A stretch of 64,000 bases of DNA from Escherichia coli (GCF_003334315.1 NZ_QOWR01000008.1), one strand, 5' to 3'; shown: positions 11,302-25,114, numbered from the stretch's first letter. Numbers and translations: made by a program. Notes: generated by a model not told the origin, from the letters alone.

Positions 11302-12612
11302 TTAACCCTGCAGCAGAGACAGAACCTGCTGCGGTACCTGGTTGGCTTTTGCCAGTACGGAGTTACCGGCCTGCTGGATAATCTGCGCTTTCGACATGTT
11401 GGACACTTCGGTCGCATAGTCGGCGTCCTGAATACGGGACTGCGCTTCAGACAGGTTGGTAGTGGTGTTGTTCAGGTTGGTGACTGCGGAATCCAGACGG
11501 TTTTGCACCGCACCGAGGGAGGAGCGGAAAGTATCAACCTGTGCAATCGCTTTGTCTAAAAGTGCCAGTGGATCAGCAGAAGAAGCCCCTGAGAACTGTG
11601 CAGTCGGTTTTGCTGTTGATAATTCAACAACAACTTTATTATCTGTTGCTTTTGCCGCAGTATTATCATCAAGTGCCTTTGAAACCGTTGTAGCGTAGTT
11701 TTTACCTTGGAATGTTACATATCCCGCAGCCGAGCCGTCAGAGTCAGCGGCAACTTTAATCAGTTGATCTTTCTGAGTAGCCGCAGTCGTTAGTCCATTA
11801 TCGGTGTCTGTGTATTCGACATCGGCTTTATTCAACGTGACTTTGCCGTCTGTATGATTAATCGACGCGGAGTAGAAATCATTGCCGGATTGAACGACGA
11901 ACTGTGATGTAGCAGCCCCTTTCGCATCCAGAGTGTTGTGTAACGTCAGGCTAGAAACATCGACTGTTTTACCTGTCGCAGTAGTCAGATCTTTCGCAAC
12001 AGCAGTGAAATCAACACCAACAGGTTTTGCCCCGGCGGCACCGGTAATTTGAGTAATGGAATCACTAACGTTAAGTGACTGACCCGAAACGGAGAAACCG
12101 TTCAGTCCTAATGTAGAAGAGTCAATCTTCTGCAAATCAATGCTAATAGTCTGCCCATCATTCGCGCCAACCTGAATCTTCATCGAACCATCTTTCGCCA
12201 GCACATTCACGCCGTTGAACTGGGTCTGACCGGAAACGCGATCAATTTCATCCAGACGGGATTTGATTTCGTCCTGGATTGAAGACAGGTCAGAATCAGA
12301 GTTAGTCCCGGTCGTCGCCTGAACGGTCAACTCACGCACACGCTGCAAGTTGTTGTTGATTTCAGACAGCGCGCCTTCAGTGGTCTGCGCCAGAGAGATA
12401 CCGTCGTTGGCGTTACGTGCGGCCTGAGTCAGACCTTTGATGTTAGAGGTGAAGCGGTTAGCAATCGCCTGGCCCGCAGCGTCATCTTTAGCGCTGTTAA
12501 TGCGCAGACCAGAAGAGAGGCGCTCGATAGAAGTCGACAGCGCAGACTGGTTTTTGTTGATGTTGTTCTGAGTGATCAGCGAGAGGCTGTTGGTATTAAT
12601 GACTTGTGCCAT
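11302..12612 (-). CDS. fliC: Flagellin (H antigen), short non-K-12 allele
   Basis: ATG at 12612 gives 436 aa. The N-terminus (MAQVINTNSLSLITQNNINKNQSAL...) and C-terminus (...QQAGNSVLAKANQVPQQVLSLLQG) are conserved. The central domain is divergent and rich in Thr/Ala/Ser/Asp. Confidence 0.95.
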   Translation of the reverse strand: MAQVINTNSLSLITQNNINKNQSALSTSIERLSSGLRINSAKDDAAGQAIANRFTSNIKGLTQAARNANDGISLAQTTEGALSEINNNLQRVRELTVQATTGTNSDSDLSSIQDEIKSRLDEIDRVSGQTQFNGVNVLAKDGSMKIQVGANDGQTISIDLQKIDSSTLGLNGFSVSGQSLNVSDSITQITGAAGAKPVGVDFTAVAKDLTTATGKTVDVSSLTLHNTLDAKGAATSQFVVQSGNDFYSASINHTDGKVTLNKADVEYTDTDNGLTTAATQKDQLIKVAADSDGSAAGYVTFQGKNYATTVSKALDDNTAAKATDNKVVVELSTAKPTAQFSGASSADPLALLDKAIAQVDTFRSSLGAVQNRLDSAVTNLNNTTTNLSEAQSRIQDADYATEVSNMSKAQIIQQAGNSVLAKANQVPQQVLSLLQG

Positions 12613-12688
12613 GATTTCTTTTCCTGTTTTCAAGTCTACGGTTTAAGTATTGGGCTTCCACCCTTCGGCTTCGTCGCCGTCAACCCTG

Positions 12689-12715
12689 TTATCGTCTGGT
12701 CACTCACAACCTTTA
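12689..12715 (-). promoter_or_regulatory. Sigma28 (class 3) promoter of fliC
   Basis: The minus strand reads TAAAGGTT-N11-GACGATAA against the consensus TAAAGTTT-N11-GCCGATAA. It lies about 75 nt upstream of the fliC ATG. Confidence 0.8.
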
Positions 12716-12788
12716 GAATTTTTTTCTAGCGGTCGAAATACTCCCCTTCCTCGTTGCTGTTCGTGCCATTAAGGCAAAAAATAAATCG

Positions 12789-12815
12789 TAAACTTTACCC
12801 CGCTTACGCCGATAA
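12789..12815 (+). promoter_or_regulatory. Sigma28 promoter of fliDST
   Basis: TAAACTTT-N11-GCCGATAA on the plus strand, 45 nt upstream of the fliD ATG. Confidence 0.8.
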
Positions 12816-12859
12816 CCCCGGTATTCGTTCTATACACGTCGCATGATTAAGGAAACTAT

Positions 12860-14275
12860 ATGGCTAGTATTTCAACGCTTGGGGTTGGGTCGGGGCTGAA
12901 CTTAAGCAGCATCCTTGACAGTCTGGAGGCGGCAGAAAAATCTACCCTGACGCCGATATCAAAACAGCAAAGCTCTTACACCGCGAAACTGAGCGCCTAC
13001 GGGACGCTGAAAAGTGCACTAGAGAGTTTCCAGACAGCCAACACAGCACTGAATAAAGCCGATTTATTTACCGCCACCTCAACCACCAGCAGTTCATCGG
13101 CTTTCAGCGCCACCACCACGGGCAGCGCGATTGCTGGGAAATACACCATTAGCGTTAGCCAACTGGCGCAGGCACAGACGCTGACAACAAAAAATAGTCA
13201 AAAAGACAGTAAAGCCGCCATCGCCACCAGCGATAGCGTACTAACCATCCAGCAAGGTGGCGGTAAAGATCCGGTCACGATTGATATCAGCGCGGCTAAC
13301 TCGTCACTTTCCGGCATTCGCGATGCCATTAACAACGCCAAAGCTGGTGTCAGCGCCAGTATCATCCATGTGGGTAACGGCGAGTATCGTCTGTCCATCA
13401 CTGCTAACGATACGGGCAGCGATAACGCTATGAAACTTAGCGTCAGCGGCGACAGCGCCCTGGAAAGTTTTATGGGTTACAACGGAACGTCGGGTGATAG
13501 CAGCAATGGCATGATTGAAAGCGTCACTGCGCAAAACGCCAAACTGACAGTCAATAACGTTGAGATTGAAAACAGCAGTAACACTATCAGCGACGCGCTG
13601 GAAGATATCACCCTCAACCTGAATGACGTCACCACCGGTAATCAGACACTGACCATCAGTAAAGACACATCCAAAGCTGAAAATGCGGTTAAAACGTGGG
13701 TGGATGCCTATAACTCATTGCAGGATACGTTCAGCAGCTTAACCAAATACACCGCTGTCGATGCCGGAGCAGAGAGTCAGGACTCCAGCAATGGCGCATT
13801 ACTCGGTGACTCCACACTGCGTACCATCCAGACTCAGCTTAAAACCTTGCTCGCCAATACTCACAGCAGTTCAAACTATAAAACGCTGGCACAGATTGGC
13901 ATTACCAGCGATGCCAGTACCGGCAAGCTGGAAATCGCGACCGACAAACTGCAAACGGCGCTAAAAAAAGATGCCGCTGGCATCAGTGAAATGTTTATAG
14001 GTGACGGTAAAAGTACAGGGGTAACCACCGGCATTAGTAGCAACCTAACCAGTTGGCTCTCTTCCACCGGGATAATCCAGGCCGCAAAAGATGGCGTCAG
14101 CAAAACGCTGAATAATTTGACCGACCAGTACAACGCAGCCAGTGAGCGTATCGATACCTTAATGACGCGCTATAAAGCCCAGTTCACCCAATTAGATGTG
14201 TTAATGAACTCGCTTAACTCCACCAGTAGCTATCTGACACAGCAATTCGACACCTCAAATAGCAACTCGAAATAA
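12860..14275 (+). CDS. fliD: Flagellar filament cap protein
   Basis: 471-aa ORF (MASISTLGVGSGLNLSSILDSL...). Recognised as FliD, but with many substitutions relative to my memory of the 468-aa K-12 protein. Confidence 0.93.
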   Translation: MASISTLGVGSGLNLSSILDSLEAAEKSTLTPISKQQSSYTAKLSAYGTLKSALESFQTANTALNKADLFTATSTTSSSSAFSATTTGSAIAGKYTISVSQLAQAQTLTTKNSQKDSKAAIATSDSVLTIQQGGGKDPVTIDISAANSSLSGIRDAINNAKAGVSASIIHVGNGEYRLSITANDTGSDNAMKLSVSGDSALESFMGYNGTSGDSSNGMIESVTAQNAKLTVNNVEIENSSNTISDALEDITLNLNDVTTGNQTLTISKDTSKAENAVKTWVDAYNSLQDTFSSLTKYTAVDAGAESQDSSNGALLGDSTLRTIQTQLKTLLANTHSSSNYKTLAQIGITSDASTGKLEIATDKLQTALKKDAAGISEMFIGDGKSTGVTTGISSNLTSWLSSTGIIQAAKDGVSKTLNNLTDQYNAASERIDTLMTRYKAQFTQLDVLMNSLNSTSSYLTQQFDTSNSNSK

Positions 14276-14290
14276 TCTTCAGGAGAAACT

Positions 14291-14701
14291 ATGTACGCGG
14301 CAAAAGGCACCCAGGCCTATGCACAAATTGGCGTCGAAAGCGCCGTAATGAGCGCCAGCCAACAGCAGCTGGTCACCATGCTATTTGATGGAGTGCTGAG
14401 CGCACTGGTTAGAGCGCGCCTGTTTATGCAGGACAACAATCAGCAAGGCAAAGGCGTCTCTTTATCAAAAGCGATCAACATCATTGAGAACGGGCTGCGG
14501 GTGAGTCTTGATGAAGAGAGCAAAGACGAATTAACCCAAAACTTGATTGCTCTTTATAGCTATATGGTCAGGCGTTTGCTGCAAGCCAATTTACGCAACG
14601 ATGTCTCCGCAGTCGAAGAAGTGGAAGCATTAATGCGCAATATTGCCGATGCCTGGAAAGAGTCTTTACTCTCCCCTTCTTTGATTCAGGACCCAGTCTG
14701 A
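14291..14701 (+). CDS. fliS: Flagellin-specific chaperone
   Basis: 136-aa ORF recognised as FliS. It follows fliD by 15 nt. Confidence 0.93.
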   Translation: MYAAKGTQAYAQIGVESAVMSASQQQLVTMLFDGVLSALVRARLFMQDNNQQGKGVSLSKAINIIENGLRVSLDEESKDELTQNLIALYSYMVRRLLQANLRNDVSAVEEVEALMRNIADAWKESLLSPSLIQDPV

Positions 14702-15066
14702 TGAACGACGCACCGCATTTGTATTTCGCCTGGCAACAACTCGTCGAAAAAAGCCAGCTCATGTTACGCCTGGCAACGGAAGAACAATGGGACGAACTCA
14801 TCGCCAGCGAAATGGCGTATGTGAATGCGGTGCAGGAGATTGCACATCTGACTGAAGAGATTGACCCGTCCATCACGATGCAGGAGCAGCTCCGCCCGAT
14901 GCTGCGCCTGATTCTCGACAACGAAAGCAAGGTAAAGCAGTTATTACAGATTCGGATGGATGAACTGGCGAAACTGGTCGGTCAGTCATCGGTGCAAAAA
15001 TCGGTGTTAAGTGCCTATGGCGATCAGGGCGGCTTTGTGCTGGCTCCGCAGGATAACCTCTTTTGA
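14701..15066 (+). CDS. fliT: FliD chaperone / anti-FlhDC factor
   Basis: 121-aa ORF with an ATGA overlap on the fliS stop. Recognised as FliT. Confidence 0.92.
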   Translation: MNDAPHLYFAWQQLVEKSQLMLRLATEEQWDELIASEMAYVNAVQEIAHLTEEIDPSITMQEQLRPMLRLILDNESKVKQLLQIRMDELAKLVGQSSVQKSVLSAYGDQGGFVLAPQDNLF

Positions 15067-15143
15067 ATCTGAATGAGTCGATGGCTCGCGAATAATCCGA
15101 TTACGGCTACGCTTCTAATGTTCCCCTTGAATGGAGTCGAAGA

Positions 15144-16631
15144 ATGCGTAATCCCACGCTGTTACAATGTTTTCACTGGTATTACCCGGAAGGCGGTAAG
15201 CTCTGGCCTGAACTGGCCGAGCGCGCCGACGGTTTTAATGATATTGGTATCAATATGGTCTGGTTGCCGCCCGCCTATAAAGGCGCATCGGGCGGGTATT
15301 CGGTCGGCTACGACTCCTATGATTTATTTGATTTAGGCGAGTTTGATCAGAAAGGCAGCATCCCTACTAAATATGGCGTTAAAGCACAACTGCTGGCCGC
15401 CATTGACGCCCTGAAACGTAATGACATTGCGGTGCTGTTGGACGTGGTAGTCAACCACAAAATGGGCGCGGATGAAAAAGAAGCTATTCGCGTGCAGCGT
15501 GTAAATGCTGATGACCGTACGCAAATTGACGAAGAAATCATTGAGTGTGAAGGCTGGACGCGTTACACCTTCCCCGCCCGTGCCGGGCAATACTCGCAGT
15601 TTATCTGGGATTTCAAATGTTTTAGCGGTATCGACCATATCGAAAACCCTGATGAAGATGGCATATTTAAAATTGTTAACGACTACACCGGCGAAGGCTG
15701 GAACGATCAGGTTGATGATGAATTAGGTAATTTCGATTATCTGATGGGTGAGAATATCGATTTTCGCAATCATGCCGTGACGGAAGAGATTAAATACTGG
15801 GCGCGCTGGGTGATGGAACAAACGCAATGCGACGGTTTTCGTCTTGATGCGGTCAAACATATTCCGGCGTGGTTTTATAAAGAGTGGATCGAACACGTAC
15901 AGGAAGTTGCGCCAAAGCCGCTGTTTATTGTGGCAGAGTACTGGTCACATGAAGTCGATAAACTGCAAACGTATATTGATCAGGTGGAAGGCAAAACCAT
16001 GCTGTTCGATGCGCCGCTGCAGATGAAATTCCATGAAGCATCGCGCATGGGGCGCGACTACGACATGACGCAGATTTTCACGGGTACATTAGTGGAAGCC
16101 GATCCTTTCCACGCCGTAACCCTCGTTGCCAACCACGACACCCAACCGTTGCAAGCCCTCGAAGCCCCCGTCGAACCGTGGTTTAAACCGCTGGCGTATG
16201 CCTTAATTTTGTTGCGGGAAAATGGCGTTCCTTCGGTGTTCTATCCGGACCTCTACGGTGCGCATTACGAAGATGTCGGCGGTGACGGGCAAACCTATCC
16301 GATAGATATGCCAATAATCGAACAGCTTGATGAGTTAATTCTCGCCCGTCAGCGTTTCGCCCACGGTGTACAGACGTTATTTTTCGACCATCCGAACTGC
16401 ATTGCCTTTAGCCGCAGTGGCACTGACGAATATCCTGGCTGCGTGGTGGTCATGTCGAACGGGGATGATGGCGAAAAAACCATTCATCTGGGAGAGAATT
16501 ACGGCAATAAAACCTGGCGTGATTTTCTGGGGAACCGGCAAGAGAGCGTAGTGACCGACGAAAACGGCGAAGCAACCTTCTTTTGCAACGGCGGCAGCGT
16601 CAGCGTGTGGGTTATCGAAGAGGTGATTTAA
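15144..16631 (+). CDS. amyA: Cytoplasmic alpha-amylase (GH13)
   Basis: 495-aa ORF with GH13 motifs [15 protein letters not shown] and VANHD. It has no signal peptide. Confidence 0.94.
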   Translation: MRNPTLLQCFHWYYPEGGKLWPELAERADGFNDIGINMVWLPPAYKGASGGYSVGYDSYDLFDLGEFDQKGSIPTKYGVKAQLLAAIDALKRNDIAVLLDVVVNHKMGADEKEAIRVQRVNADDRTQIDEEIIECEGWTRYTFPARAGQYSQFIWDFKCFSGIDHIENPDEDGIFKIVNDYTGEGWNDQVDDELGNFDYLMGENIDFRNHAVTEEIKYWARWVMEQTQCDGFRLDAVKHIPAWFYKEWIEHVQEVAPKPLFIVAEYWSHEVDKLQTYIDQVEGKTMLFDAPLQMKFHEASRMGRDYDMTQIFTGTLVEADPFHAVTLVANHDTQPLQALEAPVEPWFKPLAYALILLRENGVPSVFYPDLYGAHYEDVGGDGQTYPIDMPIIEQLDELILARQRFAHGVQTLFFDHPNCIAFSRSGTDEYPGCVVVMSNGDDGEKTIHLGENYGNKTWRDFLGNRQESVVTDENGEATFFCNGGSVSVWVIEEVI

Positions 16632-16636
16632 ATTCA

Positions 16637-16657
16637 TCCCCGGCGGCAAGCCGGGGA
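16637..16657. terminator. Hairpin between convergent amyA and yedD
   Basis: Stem TCCCCGGC/GCCGGGGA with a 5-nt loop, in the 33-bp gap between the two stop codons. Confidence 0.6.
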
Positions 16658-16664
16658 GATTTCA

Positions 16665-17078
16665 TTACGGCAGTGGCGTCGGTAACGGCGCTTTATCCAG
16701 CGCGGCGGCACACTCTGCCGTCGGGCGATCCACACGCTCCATCGTCATACCATCGTACTCAATGGTGTTACCGTCACGCTCAACCTCGTACAGCTCACGT
16801 TTTACGGTAACGTTAGTGAGATCATCAGACATCAATGTCAACTTACCCGGCACAGCAATCACCCGCTGCCACTGACGGCAATCCAGAGTATCGCCCTCTT
16901 TAGTGACAATCAGGCTGCCTATCGCTTCCGGACTGACCAGCGCACGTTGCGGCCCTTTGGTCTGCCAGTAGCCCGCCAGCCAGTCCGGCGCGGGGGTTTT
17001 CACGACATTGTTATAGTTTTCGACTTCGGCACAGCCCGCCAGCAACATGAGCGCGCCTGCAATTGCGAGTTTTTTCAT
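16665..17078 (-). CDS. yedD: Lipoprotein YedD
   Basis: 137 aa from the second of two tandem ATGs, which has the better SD spacing. Lipobox LLAGC follows the signal peptide MKKLAIAGALM. Confidence 0.9.
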   Translation of the reverse strand: MKKLAIAGALMLLAGCAEVENYNNVVKTPAPDWLAGYWQTKGPQRALVSPEAIGSLIVTKEGDTLDCRQWQRVIAVPGKLTLMSDDLTNVTVKRELYEVERDGNTIEYDGMTMERVDRPTAECAAALDKAPLPTPLP

Positions 17079-17264
17079 CATTCGTCCTGCATGAGAAGAA
17101 AAGAGGATTGTGGCATTAAAGCCCTGATGTCGCCAGCCTTTCCAGGTTCAGAGAGAAATTTGATCTAACTATTATTTTTGTGAATTATTACCCCGAAAAT
17201 AAATGTGCATGATGTATGATTCGCGACTCTTGTTTCAAACCTTCTGAGTTCAGAGGCTACATTC

Positions 17265-18470
17265 ATGTCATGGCAGCAATTCAAACACGCCTGGTTGATT
17301 AAATTCTGGGCACCCATCCCTGCGGTCATCGCGGCGGGTATTCTCTCCACTTACTATTTTGGCATTACTGGCACCTTTTGGGCTGTCACGGGTGAATTTA
17401 CCCGTTGGGGCGGTCAGCTCCTGCAGCTGTTTGGCGTCCATGCTGAAGAGTGGGGTTACTTTAAAATTATCCATCTGGAAGGATCGCCATTAACCCGCAT
17501 CGACGGGATGATGATCCTCGGTATGTTTGGCGGCTGCTTTGCCGCAGCGCTGTGGGCCAACAATGTCAAACTGCGCATGCCACGCAGCCGTATCCGCATT
17601 ATGCAGGCCATCATTGGCGGCATTATCGCTGGTTTTGGCGCGCGTCTGGCAATGGGCTGTAACCTGGCAGCGTTCTTTACCGGTATTCCTCAGTTCTCGC
17701 TGCATGCCTGGTTCTTTGCCATCGCCACTGCCATTGGTTCATGGTTTGGCGCGCGCTTTACCCTGCTGCCCATCTTCCGTATTCCCGTGAAAATGCAGAA
17801 AGTTTCTGCCGCCTCACCGCTGACGCAAAAACCGGATCAGGCGCGGCGTCGTTTTCGTCTCGGGATGCTGGTCTTTTTCGGTATGCTGGGCTGGGCGCTG
17901 CTCACGGCGATGAACCAACCAAAACTGGGGCTGGCAATGCTGTTTGGCGTCGGCTTTGGTTTACTGATTGAACGTGCGCAAATCTGCTTTACTTCGGCGT
18001 TCCGCGATATGTGGATCACCGGACGTACCCATATGGCGAAAGCAATCATTATCGGTATGGCGGTGAGTGCCATCGGGATCTTCAGTTACGTACAGTTAGG
18101 CGTTGAACCCAAAATCATGTGGGCGGGACCAAACGCGGTAATTGGTGGTTTACTGTTTGGTTTTGGCATCGTGCTGGCAGGCGGCTGCGAAACCGGCTGG
18201 ATGTACCGCGCGGTAGAAGGCCAGGTGCACTACTGGTGGGTCGGTCTGGGCAATGTGATCGGCTCGACGATTCTGGCGTATTACTGGGATGATTTCGCTC
18301 CGGCGCTGGCCACCGACTGGGACAAAATCAACCTGCTGAAAACCTTTGGCCCGATGGGTGGCCTGCTGGTGACATATTTGCTGTTGTTTACTGCGCTGAT
18401 GTTGATTATCGGCTGGGAAAAACGCTTCTTCCGCCGTGCGGCACCGCAGACTGCTAAGGAGATCGCATGA
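17265..18470 (+). CDS. yedE: YeeE/YedE-family inner-membrane sulfur/selenium-compound transporter
   Basis: 401-aa polytopic ORF with two internally repeated halves, each carrying a GFG..LA.GC motif (GFGARLAMGC and GFGIVLAGGC). Confidence 0.92.
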   Translation: MSWQQFKHAWLIKFWAPIPAVIAAGILSTYYFGITGTFWAVTGEFTRWGGQLLQLFGVHAEEWGYFKIIHLEGSPLTRIDGMMILGMFGGCFAAALWANNVKLRMPRSRIRIMQAIIGGIIAGFGARLAMGCNLAAFFTGIPQFSLHAWFFAIATAIGSWFGARFTLLPIFRIPVKMQKVSAASPLTQKPDQARRRFRLGMLVFFGMLGWALLTAMNQPKLGLAMLFGVGFGLLIERAQICFTSAFRDMWITGRTHMAKAIIIGMAVSAIGIFSYVQLGVEPKIMWAGPNAVIGGLLFGFGIVLAGGCETGWMYRAVEGQVHYWWVGLGNVIGSTILAYYWDDFAPALATDWDKINLLKTFGPMGGLLVTYLLLFTALMLIIGWEKRFFRRAAPQTAKEIA

Positions 18471-18700
18471 AAAATATCGTTCCTGATTACCGCCTTGATA
18501 TGGTGGGTGAACCCTGCCCTTATCCGGCAGTCGCAACTCTTGAGGCGATGCCGCAGTTAAAAAAAGGGGAAATCCTGGAAGTGGTGAGCGACTGTCCACA
18601 GTCGATCAATAATATCCCACTGGATGCGCGTAATCACGGCTATACGGTGCTGGATATTCAGCAAGACGGGCCGACCATTCGTTATTTAATTCAGAAGTAA
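18467..18700 (+). CDS. yedF: TusA-like sulfurtransferase-fold protein
   Basis: 77-aa ORF with the CPYP active-site motif (GEPCPYPAV). It overlaps the yedE stop by 4 nt. Confidence 0.92.
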   Translation: MKNIVPDYRLDMVGEPCPYPAVATLEAMPQLKKGEILEVVSDCPQSINNIPLDARNHGYTVLDIQQDGPTIRYLIQK

Positions 18701-18806
18701 TCCCTCATTCCCGCTGTGGCCCACTGCGGGAACATCGTTGCCTCTGACACATAGATTTTACCCACCCCCTCTCCTATTCTTTTCAGTATGATCTCAGGAG
18801 GTTTCT

Positions 18807-19475
18807 ATGTGTGGACGCTTTGCCCAATCCCAAACGCGTGAAGATTACCTTGCGCTTCTCGCGGAAGATATTGAACGCGATATTCCCTACGATCCCGAAC
18901 CCATTGGCAGATACAACGTCGCGCCGGGAACCAAAGTTCTTCTGCTCAGTGAACGTGATGAACACCTTCATCTGGATCCGGTTTTCTGGGGATATGCTCC
19001 CGGATGGTGGGATAAACCGCCGCTGATTAACGCCCGCGTAGAAACTGCGGCCACCAGTCGTATGTTTAAACCGCTCTGGCAACATGGTCGGGCAATCTGT
19101 TTTGCCGATGGCTGGTTTGAGTGGAAAAAAGAAGGCGACAAAAAACAGCCTTATTTTATCTATCGCGCTGATGGACAACCTGTTTTTATGGCCGCGATAG
19201 GTAGCACACCGTTTGAGCGCGGTGACGAAGCCGAAGGATTTTTAATTGTCACTGCAGCAGCAGACCAGGGTCTGGTATATATTCATGACCGCCGCCCGCT
19301 GGTTCTGTCGCCAGAAGCTGCACAGGAATGGATGCGGCAAGAGATTGGCGGTAAAGAAGCATCAGAAATTGCTACCAACGGCTGTGTGCCAGCAAACCAG
19401 TTCACCTGGCACCCGGTATCGCGCGCGGTAGGTAATGTCAAAAACCAGGGCGCGGAGTTAATTCAACCTATCTGA
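18807..19475 (+). CDS. yedK: SRAP-domain abasic-site DNA-protein crosslink protein
   Basis: 222-aa ORF beginning MCGRFAQ (catalytic Cys2) and preceded by an AGGAGG SD. Recognised as YedK. Confidence 0.93.
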   Translation: MCGRFAQSQTREDYLALLAEDIERDIPYDPEPIGRYNVAPGTKVLLLSERDEHLHLDPVFWGYAPGWWDKPPLINARVETAATSRMFKPLWQHGRAICFADGWFEWKKEGDKKQPYFIYRADGQPVFMAAIGSTPFERGDEAEGFLIVTAAADQGLVYIHDRRPLVLSPEAAQEWMRQEIGGKEASEIATNGCVPANQFTWHPVSRAVGNVKNQGAELIQPI

Positions 19476-19695
19476 TAAGCCTGGAGATTATTGATCAACA
19501 ATACTGCGTCATAAGAAATCTCTATTAGACAAAGTAGACGCTCCTTCCACATGCGCCACAAGAAACCTCTATTCCAGTGACACAATTACGCCTGATTATT
19601 TCCCTAGCCCGGAATATGAATAAAAACATCAACAAAGATTAAATTATTCAAACGTTACTGTTGCGTCTGCGGTCGTAGCAACATCCGACGTGGTG

Positions 19696-19791
19696 ATGAG
19701 TGTTAAAAGAGACACTCTGATGTTCAGAGGGGTTATCGCGTTTACGGATCGTGGATGGCAGAAAACTTTCAGGATCAGGTATCCATTTTAA
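19696..19791 (+). pseudogene. Possible remnant of a phage-type integrase N-terminal arm-binding segment
   Basis: 31-codon ORF MSVKRDTLMFRGVIAFTDRGWQKTFRIRYPF. The G..W....R.RY spacing weakly resembles the DUF4102 arm domain of P4-type integrases. K-12 carries the intG pseudogene next to fliE (recalled). Confidence 0.25.
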
Positions 19792-19868
19792 ACCAGAAAT
19801 AGGGTGAGTTTGCCCCATCCATGCCCCACGCGGGCAGATGGGATGTAATTACCAACAGGTTACAAAAC

Positions 19869-20183
19869 CTACACCTGCATGGACATCACTTCCTGATACG
19901 CCGCCACCAGCTTATTACGCACCTGAATCCCCATTTGCATAGAAACTGAGGCTTTTTGCATATCGGTCATCACATCGTTTAACGCCACGCCGGGTTCACC
20001 GAGGGTGAATTTTTCTGCCTGCGTGCGGGCGGCTGTTTGTGTATCGCTTATGCGATCGAGCGCGGCGTGCAGCTGCCCGGTAAAACTAATGGTCGGTTGT
20101 GGCAGTGATTCCTGTGCACGCGCACTCATCGCCGTAGCCTGTAACTGGCTGATAACCCCTTCAATCCCCTGTATCGCTGACAT
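19869..20183 (-). CDS. fliE: Flagellar hook-basal body complex protein FliE
   Basis: ATG at 20183 gives 104 aa ([22 protein letters not shown]...). Confidence 0.94.
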   Translation of the reverse strand: MSAIQGIEGVISQLQATAMSARAQESLPQPTISFTGQLHAALDRISDTQTAARTQAEKFTLGEPGVALNDVMTDMQKASVSMQMGIQVRNKLVAAYQEVMSMQV

Positions 20184-20397
20184 TTTCGTCTCCCGGATAA
20201 TTTCTGGTAGCAAAGCCTACCAGTAAGTCAATAAGACAAAGGCGCTAAATAGCAACAAAAAAACGGGTTTATTGGCGGATAGAAAAAAACGAAAGCACAA
20301 ATAATGGGAGCGTCAATTTTTCGAGTTTGCTGACCCGGGAGTGAGTCTTGTTCCACTTTGCCAATAACGCCGTCCATAATCAGCCACGAGGTGCGCG
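20184..20397. promoter_or_regulatory. Divergent class 2 (FlhD4C2-dependent) promoter region of fliE and fliFGHIJK
   Basis: The assignment rests on established flagellar regulon knowledge. AAATAGC (about 20247) and CAATAACG (about 20361) resemble FlhDC half-site cores. I could not delimit exact sites. Confidence 0.5.
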
Positions 20398-23722
<3,325 letters not shown>

Positions 23723-23723
<1 letters not shown>

Positions 23724-25096
23724 TGACCACGTGCCTGACTCGCTGGCTAACCACGCTGGATAACTTTGAAGCCAAAATGGCGCAGTTGCCTGCGGTACGT
23801 CGCTACGGGCGATTAACCCGCGCTACCGGGCTGGTGCTGGAAGCCACCGGATTACAATTGCCGCTCGGCGCAACCTGTGTGATTGAGCGCCAGAACGGCA
23901 CTGAAACGCACGAAGTAGAAAGCGAAGTCGTTGGCTTTAACGGTCAACGGCTGTTTTTAATGCCGCTGGAGGAAGTCGAAGGTGTCCTGCCCGGCGCGCG
24001 TGTTTATGCCAAAAACATTTCGGCAGAAGGGCTGCAAAGCGGCAAACAGTTGCCGCTCGGTCCGGCGTTATTAGGTCGCGTTCTGGACGGCAGCGGTAAA
24101 CCGCTCGATGGCCTCCCCTCCCCCGATACGACGGAAACCGGTGCGCTGATTACCCCACCATTTAACCCATTGCAACGTACACCGATTGAACATGTGCTGG
24201 ACACTGGCGTGCGCCCAATCAATGCCCTGCTTACCGTTGGGCGTGGGCAGCGTATGGGGCTGTTTGCCGGGTCCGGCGTTGGTAAAAGTGTGCTGCTGGG
24301 GATGATGGCCCGTTACACCCGCGCCGATGTCATTGTCGTGGGTTTGATTGGTGAACGAGGGCGCGAAGTAAAAGATTTTATTGAGAATATCCTCGGTGCC
24401 GAAGGGCGTGCACGCTCAGTAGTGATTGCCGCTCCGGCGGATGTTTCTCCGCTCCTGCGAATGCAGGGTGCCGCCTATGCCACGCGCATTGCCGAAGATT
24501 TTCGCGATCGTGGTCAGCATGTATTGCTGATTATGGACTCCCTCACCCGCTACGCGATGGCCCAGCGTGAAATTGCGCTGGCGATTGGCGAACCACCCGC
24601 CACTAAAGGTTATCCCCCGTCGGTGTTTGCCAAATTACCGGCACTGGTCGAGCGTGCCGGAAATGGCATTAGCGGCGGCGGATCGATTACTGCATTTTAT
24701 ACCGTGCTCACTGAAGGCGATGACCAGCAGGACCCCATTGCCGACTCTGCGCGGGCAATCCTCGACGGTCACATTGTGCTGTCTCGCCGACTGGCGGAAG
24801 CCGGGCACTATCCGGCTATCGATATTGAAGCGTCGATCAGCCGCGCAATGACGGCGTTGATCAGTGAGCAACATTACGCGCGAGTGCGCACCTTCAAACA
24901 GCTGTTGTCGAGTTTTCAGCGTAACCGCGATCTGGTTAGCGTCGGCGCGTATGCCAAAGGCAGCGATCCGATGCTCGACAAAGCCATCGCCCTGTGGCCG
25001 CAGCTGGAGGGCTATTTGCAACAAGGCATTTTTGAACGCGCGGACTGGGAAGCGTCTCTCCAGGGGCTGGAGCGTATTTTCCCGACAGTGTCATAA
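23723..25096 (+). CDS. fliI: Flagellum-specific ATPase
   Basis: 457-aa ORF with Walker A GSGVGKS and Walker B LLIMDS. Recognised as FliI. Confidence 0.95.
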
Positions 25097-25114
25097 CCCA
25101 GGAGATAACGGCAG

